From: Sulfolobales archaeon HS-7
GTDB lineage: Archaea > Thermoproteota > Thermoprotei_A > Sulfolobales > Sulfolobaceae
DNA: 64,000 nucleotides
Reading direction: 5' to 3'
Assembly: GCA_019704295.1 (NCBI GenBank)
Contig: AP024596.1
Span: 1,632,001 to 1,696,000, forward strand
Shown here: positions 41,637 through 51,153 of the stretch, piece after piece
How the letters are laid out: the number at the start of each line of letters is the position of its first letter
Numbering within the stretch: position 1 is the stretch's first letter
The notes under the pieces: generated by a model
Told to the model about the DNA's origin: nothing
The model's database searches: none
Seen by the model: the letters and a program-made list of their open reading frames with translations, nothing else
Program-made: the position numbers and the translations under genes

Positions 41637-41652
41637 TGTTCCACCGTTCCAT
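41637..41652 (+). promoter_or_regulatory. Direct-repeat operator TGTTCCAC-CGTTCCAT upstream of the 41705 gene
   Basis: Same motif, orientation and about 21 bp spacing to the TATA-like TTTTTAGA (41674-81) as the site at 40813. Confidence 0.75.
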
Positions 41653-41704
41653 GAAATGGTTAGGAAATAATGCTTTTTAGAGACGTTGACTAAAAGAGAC
41701 TAAA

Positions 41705-42244
41705 ATGAAACCTGCTATACTCACCGCAATACTAATAATTGCAATAGCGGGTAATATGATACTAGGGTATCAACTTTACGGATATATACATCCCGAAACT
41801 ATCTCGTCTTCGGGAGCCTTGAACTACTCAGAACTGAACGGAACACAAGCGATTAACGTGACGTCAAGTAGTAACTCGTCCTTTTACTTTAGGTATGAGT
41901 TTACAGTTAAACTCCACCTTCCCCATGAGGGAAAATACTGTATAGTAATAAATCCGACGAATTTCTCCTCACTCGTCCTATTAATCTATTTCCAAAATGG
42001 GAATACTGTTTCGTTATCACTTAACGTAACAAAGGCCCAAATAAGCGTCGATCATAAGGAGAATAAGATAAAGGTTTACATTTACGGAAGGATTAATCAA
42101 CTGCCATCCCTTAAAAAAATAATAAGCTCGCTACACTTGAAATTTGTATACTTAGGTCATGACGATCATAATTCAGATCGGAACAATTCAAAGCTTTCGC
42201 CCCCGAGCCTTACAACAGGTAAACGCGAGAAAAAAAGACCTTAG
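41705..42244 (+). CDS. Secreted/anchored beta-rich protein, paralog of 40269-40754
   Basis: MKP-hydrophobic N-terminus; LHLPHEGKYCI resembles LTIPTSGNYTI, and TVSLSLNVTKAQISV resembles TVTLSLHHPEAHVYL. Confidence 0.6.
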   Translation: MKPAILTAILIIAIAGNMILGYQLYGYIHPETISSSGALNYSELNGTQAINVTSSSNSSFYFRYEFTVKLHLPHEGKYCIVINPTNFSSLVLLIYFQNGNTVSLSLNVTKAQISVDHKENKIKVYIYGRINQLPSLKKIISSLHLKFVYLGHDDHNSDRNNSKLSPPSLTTGKREKKRP

Positions 42245-42257
42245 GTAATCGCTACGT

Positions 42258-43448
42258 TTACTCTCTCCTTATTGCCTCTATTGCGGTTAACTTCGCGGCC
42301 CTCCAAGCGGGGTAGATCCCTGCGATAATGCTCAAAACTAGGGCAACTAAGAACGCTAAAATAATTGACTCTACAGAAATAACGGGATGTATACTGAAGC
42401 CTACCCCTGTACTCCTCCTAGCTGCATGTGCACTACCCCCCAAAAATAAGGGGAATGAATCCGAAAGTGCTATTCCTCCGAGAATTCCTAGAACGCCCCC
42501 AATTAATCCTATCATTATAGCCTCTGCTAGAAAAATACCCAACACGTCATGCGTTTTCATTCCTATCGTTTTCATTATCCCTATTTCCCTGATTCTCTGG
42601 TAGACCTTTGTAAGTTGTGTTGCAGCTATTCCTACACCTCCTACTACAAGAGAGATTGAAGCCGTTCCCGTAAGCAAGATGCCGAGACCTGAGGTTATTG
42701 AGGATACAGTTTGAACTATTTGTTGGACAGTGGTAACGGAAACACTGTTTCCGAGTACCGCAGTAATTACAGATGCTGTCTTATTGACGTCATTCACGGA
42801 ATTCACCTTTACGAATATGGCAGAATACGTGTTTCTATCTAACATGTCCATAGCTGCCTGGAGTGACATAAACACGGATGTTCCAGCATTAGTCAAGGGA
42901 CTGAAACCGGACGGAGAGAGGACGCCCACTACCCTTATAGGTACGGAGTCTGTTGCAGACAGTGAGATTATTACCTCCTCTCCTGGCGATATACTTATTC
43001 CAGGCAAGGGATTCGCCACTTGATAGCCTATAACAGCTACGGGCGCCGATGTTACTGGATAAATGCTCCCTGACGATAGGATGACCTGGCCTAGAAATGC
43101 CGTAAGGTTATTAATACCGATTATCGTAACGGTAGTAAGCTGACCCCCGATCTCCACACTGCCTACCCCTAACACCAGTGGATATACCTGAGTTACATAA
43201 GGAAATGAAAGGATCTCGTCAACTGTTGCTTGAGTTAAAACATGTCCCTCAGTGGGTTGAATAAGAATGGTGCTTGGACCTAACGAATCTATATCAGATA
43301 AAATACTTTTGCTTATTCCCTGAGTGAGGGAAACAAGTCCTACTACTCCACCGATTCCAATTGCTACGGCTAATATAGCAAGGATGGCCACTCCCTTTTT
43401 CGAAGTTAGTCCTCTGAATCCGACCCAGAACATGTCCCCTACGTTCAC
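42258..43448 (-). CDS. MacB/FtsX-type ABC transporter permease
   Basis: TM1, large external domain and 3 TM; QRIREIGIMKTIG and IYPAWRAAKL..IEAIR motifs. Confidence 0.93.
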   Translation of the reverse strand: MNVGDMFWVGFRGLTSKKGVAILAILAVAIGIGGVVGLVSLTQGISKSILSDIDSLGPSTILIQPTEGHVLTQATVDEILSFPYVTQVYPLVLGVGSVEIGGQLTTVTIIGINNLTAFLGQVILSSGSIYPVTSAPVAVIGYQVANPLPGISISPGEEVIISLSATDSVPIRVVGVLSPSGFSPLTNAGTSVFMSLQAAMDMLDRNTYSAIFVKVNSVNDVNKTASVITAVLGNSVSVTTVQQIVQTVSSITSGLGILLTGTASISLVVGGVGIAATQLTKVYQRIREIGIMKTIGMKTHDVLGIFLAEAIMIGLIGGVLGILGGIALSDSFPLFLGGSAHAARRSTGVGFSIHPVISVESIILAFLVALVLSIIAGIYPAWRAAKLTAIEAIRRE

Positions 43449-45649
43449 TTTCTACGCCTCATAAGGAAAACGGCTACCGCAATTATCGCTATTATAACTA
43501 TCAGTAAGATAAGGAGGAAGAAATAATGGTAGTGGCTGTGGGGCTGATTTGCGTGTACGTTTGAGCTAACTGCGGGTGAATACACTGTAAATGGTATATA
43601 TATCTCCTCTTCCTTTACCTGATCCAAACTGTTAGTAAACTTTAGAATTACGGGAATTCTATAAGTTCCTGGTTGCGTGGAATTAAGGAGGGTAAAAGCG
43701 AAGGTGAACGTTGATGGAGAGTCAGGACCTAAATTCCCTACATAATAGGTATTTCCACCAACTATAGGGAACTGTGTTGAGTTGTATGTGGCTAGAAGAC
43801 CTTGAGCTACCCCCGTACCGTAGTTTACAATTGTAGCCGTTAATGAGACAAGGGAACCCGGTGTCGGCGTACTGGGTAGAACTGACACTGAGGAGATTGA
43901 GATATTGATTAGCCCTGCTGAGAGCAGACTTAGGGTTCCGCTCTCTTGCTGTATTTGATCATAAATATTGTAAAACGAGATAGCGTATTGAATTATTACC
44001 GATCCCTCAATTGAGGTATAGACTGTTAGCGGAATTACGACTTTCTGACCTGGATTCAAAACGTCAAGTGAGAACACTGTTGAGTTGAACGACGTTTCCT
44101 GTGAGGAGAGTTGTATGGAGACCGATTTGAGAACCTGGGAACCGTTATTCTCAACAGTAACATATGCACTAGAGATAACGCCAGAAGTTATTTGGAATGG
44201 CGAAAGCGATATTACTACGGGATTCGTCTGGACAATTATTGGTTCTACGTAATATCCTAGGGAGAACTCGCTTTCCCCTTGTCCCGTTAATGTATTGTAC
44301 GTTATTACGATCGGAATTTCTACAGGTTGTTGAGATAGTTCCGATGAGACGTATACGCTAAGGTTTTCCAACACGGACTTTCCTGGAGGTATCTCTGATA
44401 TTTCAGGAAGCTGGGTTATGAATGAAATGCCCTGCACGGGCTGGGGAGTAATAGTGACGTTATAAACCGGGGAGTCTCCCCTGTTGTTTACGTAAAAGGT
44501 GATCTGATTAACCGTCAGAGGTTCAAGGGGTTGTGGATCTCCAGAGATGTTAAGAGTGGCCGTCCCAGTAACAAAAAGGGAAAAGTAAGAGGACTGTGTA
44601 ATGGATTGTACTTCTCCCTCGCCTTCGATTACGTACCAGTTTAAAGAAACTGGAAAGGTAAAATAACCTGGCGTCACGTTCCCCGTATTTACGAAGAACT
44701 CGGCCTGAAGGGGTACTCCCTGCCCCTGACTTGTTAATGTTAACGTTATCGTATCTCCTCCTGAGACATTGGTAAATCCTTCAGGTAGAAACACGTTCAC
44801 ATTAACATAACTCAATGTTGGACCTCCGAGGTAATCTATGACTAGCGATACTGGAATGTGATCTTCGTATGGGCCTACGGAACTCTGTTCGAAATTAGCG
44901 TTCACTATCTTACCAAAAACCGTCAAGTTGTTAGATATTAACACTTCATACGTTGTTGAGTAATTATTTCCCGAATAGCTTAACGTAATAGGCATTTGAT
45001 AGTATCCAAGTGTAGTGTTACTGTAAACGGAAGCTAGAACAGTGAATTGAGACGTACCAAAGGGTGGAATGTTGGTTACGTTGAACTCGTTCTTATAGAA
45101 ACGTATGGGATACGTAGACGTTAGGTATACCGTTAAGTTATTTACCTCATCGCCCTCCAGATTGCTTATCAACATGGTAATAGGCACGTCCTTTTCCCCA
45201 GGATAGAGGGGGGTCTGGGACTCTGCGGATACGGAAAAGGAAATGGTTGAAACTTTGACGGCTATTTGCACCGTTTCGACATAGCCAATGCTATCGTTAA
45301 CAAAATACGTGTAGACCTTAAGGTCGTAAGTACCGCCGGAGATACCTTTACTCACCTCCATTTGAAGGGTAAACGAGAAGTTCTCCCCAGGTGTCATTTC
45401 TGCAGTTTTGAACTCCGGTTGTGTACTGTAGTTGTATAGGAATAGCGGTGATGAGTTAACTGGAACGAAAGTGACGTTATAGATAGGATTAGTACCGATA
45501 TAGGTTATTACAATGGTCAGAGGTATGTTCTTCTGACCAGGATAGGCAACCTGACTTTGAGTATCCCAATAACTGTAACCAGAGAACTTAACTATTCCAG
45601 GAGTTAAACTGAGAAACACAGGACTGACAATTATTAGAATAAGAAACAA
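43445..45649 (-). CDS. COG1361 (S-layer domain-like) multi-Ig membrane-anchored protein
   Basis: Repeated PG..V...I.N.G and PG.Y..P..L.Y Ig-like units; C-terminal TM plus RRRK; lies between the ABC ATPase and permease genes. Confidence 0.85.
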   Translation of the reverse strand: MFLILIIVSPVFLSLTPGIVKFSGYSYWDTQSQVAYPGQKNIPLTIVITYIGTNPIYNVTFVPVNSSPLFLYNYSTQPEFKTAEMTPGENFSFTLQMEVSKGISGGTYDLKVYTYFVNDSIGYVETVQIAVKVSTISFSVSAESQTPLYPGEKDVPITMLISNLEGDEVNNLTVYLTSTYPIRFYKNEFNVTNIPPFGTSQFTVLASVYSNTTLGYYQMPITLSYSGNNYSTTYEVLISNNLTVFGKIVNANFEQSSVGPYEDHIPVSLVIDYLGGPTLSYVNVNVFLPEGFTNVSGGDTITLTLTSQGQGVPLQAEFFVNTGNVTPGYFTFPVSLNWYVIEGEGEVQSITQSSYFSLFVTGTATLNISGDPQPLEPLTVNQITFYVNNRGDSPVYNVTITPQPVQGISFITQLPEISEIPPGKSVLENLSVYVSSELSQQPVEIPIVITYNTLTGQGESEFSLGYYVEPIIVQTNPVVISLSPFQITSGVISSAYVTVENNGSQVLKSVSIQLSSQETSFNSTVFSLDVLNPGQKVVIPLTVYTSIEGSVIIQYAISFYNIYDQIQQESGTLSLLSAGLINISISSVSVLPSTPTPGSLVSLTATIVNYGTGVAQGLLATYNSTQFPIVGGNTYYVGNLGPDSPSTFTFAFTLLNSTQPGTYRIPVILKFTNSLDQVKEEEIYIPFTVYSPAVSSNVHANQPHSHYHYFFLLILLIVIIAIIAVAVFLMRRRK

Positions 45650-45654
45650 GCTAG

Positions 45655-46353
45655 CTATTGCCCACTTCGTGTCTCAACACCCTCTATTTTCCCATCCCTT
45701 ATATGTATTATCCTATCACATTTCTTTATCATGTCGGGATCATGAGTTGCCATTACTACAGTAACGTTCCTTTCAACTGAGAGTTGCTTTAGTAGGTTAA
45801 CTATTGCCATTCCAGTTACCGTATCGAGGTTAGCGGTAGGTTCGTCGGCTATTATTATATCTGGATCGTTTACTAACGCCCTAGCTATCGCAACTCTCTG
45901 TTGTTGACCACCAGAGAGCTCGTTAGGTCTCTTATCCTTAAAGTCGAGCATTCCAGGAATGAGGGAGAGAACTTGTATTGCCTTTTCTCTACGTTTCCAG
46001 AACGGAACTCCTGCAGCCGCTAATGGTAGTTCTACATTCTCTAGAGTAGAAAGATAAGATATTAGATTATACGATTGAAACACGAAACCTATTTTCTTGT
46101 TCCTCATGTCGGCCCTTTCGTTTTCGCCCAATTTCGAAACGTCCTTACCGTCAATAATCAGTCTACCGTCAGTAGGATTGTCAAGGAGACCTATTATATC
46201 CAAGAGCGTGGTCTTTCCTGAACCTGAAGGTCCAACTAAGGCCACGAATTCTCCCTTTTCAATTGAGAACGAAACACCTCTTAATGCCTCGTACTCCACC
46301 TTCCTAGTCTTGTACACTTTTCTGATATCTATTCCATTAATTATCGCTGACAT
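45655..46353 (-). CDS. ABC transporter ATP-binding protein (LolD/MacB-type)
   Basis: GPSGSGKT, GFVFQ, LSGGQQQRVAIARAL, ADEPT and THD motifs. Confidence 0.96.
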   Translation of the reverse strand: MSAIINGIDIRKVYKTRKVEYEALRGVSFSIEKGEFVALVGPSGSGKTTLLDIIGLLDNPTDGRLIIDGKDVSKLGENERADMRNKKIGFVFQSYNLISYLSTLENVELPLAAAGVPFWKRREKAIQVLSLIPGMLDFKDKRPNELSGGQQQRVAIARALVNDPDIIIADEPTANLDTVTGMAIVNLLKQLSVERNVTVVMATHDPDMIKKCDRIIHIRDGKIEGVETRSGQ

Positions 46354-46511
46354 ATTTCTTCCTCCTCTACATATCTAGTAATAAACTTGTTCATAGATAT
46401 ATCTTTTAGCAAGCCAAGATCCAAGACGATTACGTCGATGAGATTTTGGTTTCTGGCTGTATTGTACATATGTATAATGAAAAAATCACATTTTAATGAA
46501 TCTATTCTTTC

Positions 46512-47312
46512 TTAGGTTCTGGCTAATATCCCTTTGGCTATTCTGTAGTGAACTGCGTCTACTAGCTGATCATCTACTCTGATTGCACCTTTACCCATAC
46601 TTCTTGCCTTTTCATACGCCTCAATTACCTTATTCGCCCATTCAACTTCCTGTTTTGATGGTGAAAACACCTGATTTGCTATTTCGACCTGAGATGGATG
46701 AATAACCTGCTTACCAATATACCCTAGGCCCTTAGCGATAAGACACTCTGCTCTGAATCCCTCAGCGTCTTTTAAATCAAAGAAGACTCTATCGTAAGGC
46801 TCTATCCCATATGCATGGGCCTTCACCGCAATAACCGTTCTTAAGTAATCGTTTTTCTGATATTGGGATATATCTCCGAAAACTGAAGAGGAGAAGTCGG
46901 CAACGCCGTAGCTAATCATGGTTACACCTTCCGAGGTTATGACCTCATCAATTCTATTCAAGCCCCTAGCCGTCTCTATAAGAACCTCAACCTCCTTAGC
47001 CGTTATTCTGTAAATGAAATCGACTCTTTGTTCCGTTTTAGGTATTACAACGAAGTCAACTCTGTCCAGAGTTCTCACCAGCATAAGATCAATAAGCGAC
47101 TCAGGACTGTCTAGGGAATTGATTCGAATTCCTACCCTCTTTCCATGAAAAGGTAACTCCTTAAGTAGATTTGATACGAGATTCCTCGCATTGCTTTTCT
47201 CCTCAGGAGGAACTGCGTCCTCTAGATCGAATATTATTCCCTGAGATGGTATTAAATCTGCTTTCCTTAGCATTTTCTCGTTATTTCCAGGAACGTAAAG
47301 TTGCGATTTCAT
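46512..47312 (-). CDS. CitE/HpcH family CoA-ester lyase (citryl-/malyl-CoA lyase-like)
   Basis: SQLYVPG, DLEDAV, RIN, IETA and GKQVIHPSQV motifs; start moved to the ATG at 47312. Confidence 0.9.
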   Translation of the reverse strand: MKSQLYVPGNNEKMLRKADLIPSQGIIFDLEDAVPPEEKSNARNLVSNLLKELPFHGKRVGIRINSLDSPESLIDLMLVRTLDRVDFVVIPKTEQRVDFIYRITAKEVEVLIETARGLNRIDEVITSEGVTMISYGVADFSSSVFGDISQYQKNDYLRTVIAVKAHAYGIEPYDRVFFDLKDAEGFRAECLIAKGLGYIGKQVIHPSQVEIANQVFSPSKQEVEWANKVIEAYEKARSMGKGAIRVDDQLVDAVHYRIAKGILART

Positions 47313-47559
47313 AGTATGTAGTATGAATTGCTGCAATTTAGTTATTTCCGGCTACTCATTAAAGCGTCGCAAAAATGATAACGAGATATAATTCAGTAAA
47401 AGCAATAGTAAAAGCAATAGAGGGAAATAGAGGATTTCAACCTGTAATAAGGTTGTTCTATTAACGTAAGTTATGTAAAGTATGGAAAGTACTGATTAAA
47501 TTACTTCTGCGACTTACGTAAAGTTAAAAAGGGGGTAATTTACGATATGATAGAAGTAC

Positions 47560-48654
47560 TTGAGAGGATATCAAATTCTTATTTCCAGGCTAGTATACAG
47601 TATAAGCTGGTTTTTCTTAGCACCAGAGATACCGCAATTACTGGAGAAATTTAAGGCACCTCCAAGCATCGCGGGAATAATCCCCTTAAGCTTTTTCGCA
47701 GCCACAGCCGTAATGCAACTACCGTCCGCTCTACTGTCAAGTAAACTAGGCATGAAAAGATCTTACGCATTAGGATTGTCATTCATGGGTCTAGGTGATG
47801 TCCTCATAGGATTTTCGTCATCTACATGGGAACTCCTCCTCTTTTACGTAATAGTAGGAATTGGGGCGTCGTTGTTTTTCTCCTCTGCTGGCGGGACTTT
47901 AGCCCTTCTTAACAAAAGTAACGTAACCCCCATACTAGGTCTTTACAATACCCTTTTTTCGATTGGAGGAGTGGTTGGGGTTTCATGGGGGGTAGTCAGT
48001 TCGGTTCTGGGATTCTCCACGTCCGCCATAGCATTAGGAGTGGTAACATTTCTGTGCGGGTTTTCAACGATGTTAACGGATTATCCGAACGCGATGCCAA
48101 ACATAAGCATAATAAAGAACAGAAATACGATAATTCTAGCGATAGGGACATCAGGCGTGTGGGGAAGTTACTTCACAATTTCCGAGTTGTTCCCCTTTTT
48201 TGAAAACCAAGTATTTATGAGGTCTCCTATAACTGAGGGACTGCTCTCTTCCATCCTTCTCATTTCCTCCTCAATTGGAGGACTATCAACTTTCATAATA
48301 CATAAATGGAGGGTAAGCACTATGACCAAAATAGTAGTTACCGCTATTCTATCAATTTCCCCAACTTTGATGTTATACAGTCAGGTGTATTTGGCCGGTT
48401 TCGTACTAATAGGATTCTTCAACGAACTCTGCCTTTCCCTAATATACGGTTACGTGGTGAGTTTTTCCCCATTAACGAATTCCTCAATTCCTTTAGCCGA
48501 GGTTAACTCAATTCAAATAGGATTGGGTATGATGCTACTTTTATCGTCTTTCTTACCGTTGTCACTTATATGGATAACGGTTGTCGTAATTTCCTTAGCC
48601 GAATTAGCTGTTCTCCTAGCAATAGGCGGAAGTCGTTCTACTTCTTCCTTATAG
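47560..48654 (+). CDS. MFS transporter
   Basis: About 12 hydrophobic segments and a QLPSALLSSKLGMKR motif-A-like loop. Confidence 0.85.
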   Translation: MRGYQILISRLVYSISWFFLAPEIPQLLEKFKAPPSIAGIIPLSFFAATAVMQLPSALLSSKLGMKRSYALGLSFMGLGDVLIGFSSSTWELLLFYVIVGIGASLFFSSAGGTLALLNKSNVTPILGLYNTLFSIGGVVGVSWGVVSSVLGFSTSAIALGVVTFLCGFSTMLTDYPNAMPNISIIKNRNTIILAIGTSGVWGSYFTISELFPFFENQVFMRSPITEGLLSSILLISSSIGGLSTFIIHKWRVSTMTKIVVTAILSISPTLMLYSQVYLAGFVLIGFFNELCLSLIYGYVVSFSPLTNSSIPLAEVNSIQIGLGMMLLLSSFLPLSLIWITVVVISLAELAVLLAIGGSRSTSSL

Positions 48655-49924
48655 AGTAAACCGAACGGTTTTGAGCAAGCATACTTGCCTCCATTAACGC
48701 CTCATTAAGAGTGGGATGACTGTGTAAAGTTTCAGATAGGTCCTCAAGCTGAGCACCCATCTCAATAAGCAGTGACGCCTCTCCAGCTAGTTCGGAGGCT
48801 CCCCGACCAGCTGTCTCCACTCCCTTGATAACTCCGTCCTTGTGAAACAGCTTCACTATGGCATTACTTTGGGTTGCTAATGACCATCCTAACGTATTCG
48901 TTCTGAATACGACTTTATCCCCGACAGTACTTCCAACAATAACTATTTCTGGTTCTGTGAAGATCGAAACTGGAATGGCCTTCTGGTCGAAGGCTACCTT
49001 TTGACCGGCTATTATCTCTGCAGCTATAACTCCTTGCTTCATTGCCTTAGATGCGACCATGGGATTTCCGACGACGTCGCCTATCGCATATAAGTGTTCC
49101 GATACTCTAAGCAATTCATCGACTGGCAACTCGTTTATTCCTTGCGGTAAATTAGGTTTCTGTCCTGTCGTAACAATGATCTTCTCCCCCTCTATCTTCT
49201 CCTGTTCAACGATTAACTTATCTCCATCGAAACCATTCGCCCGTTTTGGTACTATTTTTACTCCCATATCCGTCAGAGATTTCTTGGCGAGGGCCGACAG
49301 GTCTGGGTCAACCCCTGGCAGGAAGTCTGGAGACACTATAGTCGTCTGAACTCCAGCCTTTCCTAAAATGGTGGCTATTTCCACACCACTTTGTCCGCCG
49401 CCTACAATTATCGCAGATCCAGGGATTTTCTTTAAAGAGTAAAACCCCCTATAATCCAATAGTTTTTCGCTCTTACCAAAAGTCGGTGGGATGTTCGTTA
49501 CGGACCCAGTTGCTATTATCGCGTCCTTATACCTTATTTCCTCTCCTCCCGCTACTATCTTACCTTGTGATAAAACCCCTTCCCCTTTTATTACCTCAAT
49601 TCCCAAAGTCTTGAACGCAGATTCTATGTTCCCTCTTATCCTATTTGTTACCTCATCCCTTCTTTTGATTACTTCTTCCCAATCAAGTTCTAGTTCTCCC
49701 CTTATCGACTTATTTGATTTTGCCAAAAAAAAGGAATATACGGATTCCCTTATTGCCCTGGCGGGAATACAGGCGAAATTTACGCAGTTTCCGCCTATTA
49801 AATCCTTTTCAATGACAGCAACGGATAGTCCCAAAGACGATGCTCTTATTGCGGCAGAGTATCCCGCTGCACCTCCTCCCATAATAGCTACATCGAATTC
49901 TTCTGGTAGAGAACCCATTACCAT
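48638..49924 (-). CDS. lpdA: Dihydrolipoamide dehydrogenase (E3)
   Basis: GGGAAG, GGNCVNFACIP, AIGD and HPTLNE motifs; last gene of the operon. Confidence 0.9.
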   Translation of the reverse strand: MVMGSLPEEFDVAIMGGGAAGYSAAIRASSLGLSVAVIEKDLIGGNCVNFACIPARAIRESVYSFFLAKSNKSIRGELELDWEEVIKRRDEVTNRIRGNIESAFKTLGIEVIKGEGVLSQGKIVAGGEEIRYKDAIIATGSVTNIPPTFGKSEKLLDYRGFYSLKKIPGSAIIVGGGQSGVEIATILGKAGVQTTIVSPDFLPGVDPDLSALAKKSLTDMGVKIVPKRANGFDGDKLIVEQEKIEGEKIIVTTGQKPNLPQGINELPVDELLRVSEHLYAIGDVVGNPMVASKAMKQGVIAAEIIAGQKVAFDQKAIPVSIFTEPEIVIVGSTVGDKVVFRTNTLGWSLATQSNAIVKLFHKDGVIKGVETAGRGASELAGEASLLIEMGAQLEDLSETLHSHPTLNEALMEASMLAQNRSVYSIRKK

Positions 49925-51147
49925 TAGAAAAGCACCATTAACTCCGGTTCATTAAGGTACTTCACAAAGGATTCGCCTAACTTGATAGCATCGGCACCAT
50001 CAACAGCCCTGTGATCAAAGCTTATAGAGTAGGGGAGAACTTTGGCGATCTTTATTTCTCCGTTAATGACCCACGGCATATCCCTTATTGGACCCGTGGC
50101 CAGGATTGCTACATTGGGGTAGTTTATCATAGGCACGGAGAGAAGTCCTGAACCAAACGAACCAGGATTGGAGAGAGTGAAAGTGGCTCCCCTCATGTCA
50201 TCTACCGATATTTTCCTCTCCTTAACTTTAGTCACGAGGGCCTTTAATTCCCTGTCAATTGTAACTACTGACTTCTTATCAGAGTCCTTTATTACTACTA
50301 CCCTTAACCCATCTTCAGATTGAACTGCGACTCCCATATTGACGTATGGATACCTAATCACCTCCCCATTGTCGAAATCGTACATGGCGTTAAATTGCGG
50401 GTTCTCCTTCAGTGCAACGCTTAATGCCTTTATCATGAGGGACGTTACAGATATTTTATCACCGGTTAATTTTTCAACCTTATTCCTCACAATTTGATAA
50501 AATTCCCAGAACTTAGTAACATCAACGATGTCCATATGTACGGCTCTTGGGATGCTCCAGGACTTCTGCATATTCTTCGCTATCGTTAACCTTATCTCTG
50601 GGAGTTTCTGAGCACCTGGTTGAACCTCCCTTCTCTGCTCCTTAGTTGTCTCAGGTTTGGTGGTTTCCACCTTTTCTTCCTTTATTACCTCAATAGGCGG
50701 TTTCTTTTTAGATTCGTAGAATCTTCTGACGTCCTCTTCAAGTATTTTTCCGCCCGGTCCGGTGCCCTCGACCTTCGTTAAATCAACTCCAAGTTCTCTG
50801 GCTAACCTTCTTACGGCAGGTGTAGCTATTACTTCCTTTTCCTTTGCAACTTCCTGCTGTGGAGATTGAGTAACCCTTGTCTCCACCTTTCTTTCGGGTT
50901 CTTGTCCTCCTTTAGGAAGTTCGTCTCCTATTACACCTAAAATCTCTCCTACTTTAACCTCAGCGCCCTCTTGTAAGGCAATCTTTATTTTTCCCCTTCC
51001 AGGGGACGGTAACGTAACTACAGCCTTATCCGTTTCAACTTCTACCAATGGCTGATCCTCTTTAACCTCGTCTCCATCCTTGACTAACCACTTAACTATC
51101 CTCCCCTCAGTTATTCCCTCCCCGACATCGGGAAACTTAAACTCCAT
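49924..51147 (-). CDS. pdhC: Dihydrolipoamide acyltransferase (E2)
   Basis: Lipoyl domain VETDKAVV, E3-binding ATPAVRRLARE..G.GPGG.I, catalytic DHRAVDG. Confidence 0.93.
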   Translation of the reverse strand: MEFKFPDVGEGITEGRIVKWLVKDGDEVKEDQPLVEVETDKAVVTLPSPGRGKIKIALQEGAEVKVGEILGVIGDELPKGGQEPERKVETRVTQSPQQEVAKEKEVIATPAVRRLARELGVDLTKVEGTGPGGKILEEDVRRFYESKKKPPIEVIKEEKVETTKPETTKEQRREVQPGAQKLPEIRLTIAKNMQKSWSIPRAVHMDIVDVTKFWEFYQIVRNKVEKLTGDKISVTSLMIKALSVALKENPQFNAMYDFDNGEVIRYPYVNMGVAVQSEDGLRVVVIKDSDKKSVVTIDRELKALVTKVKERKISVDDMRGATFTLSNPGSFGSGLLSVPMINYPNVAILATGPIRDMPWVINGEIKIAKVLPYSISFDHRAVDGADAIKLGESFVKYLNEPELMVLF

Positions 51148-51153
51148 AGTGAT

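Noticed and set aside
47395-47435. agtaaaagcaat tandem duplication
   Set aside because: Two adjacent 12-mers without spacers; not a CRISPR array
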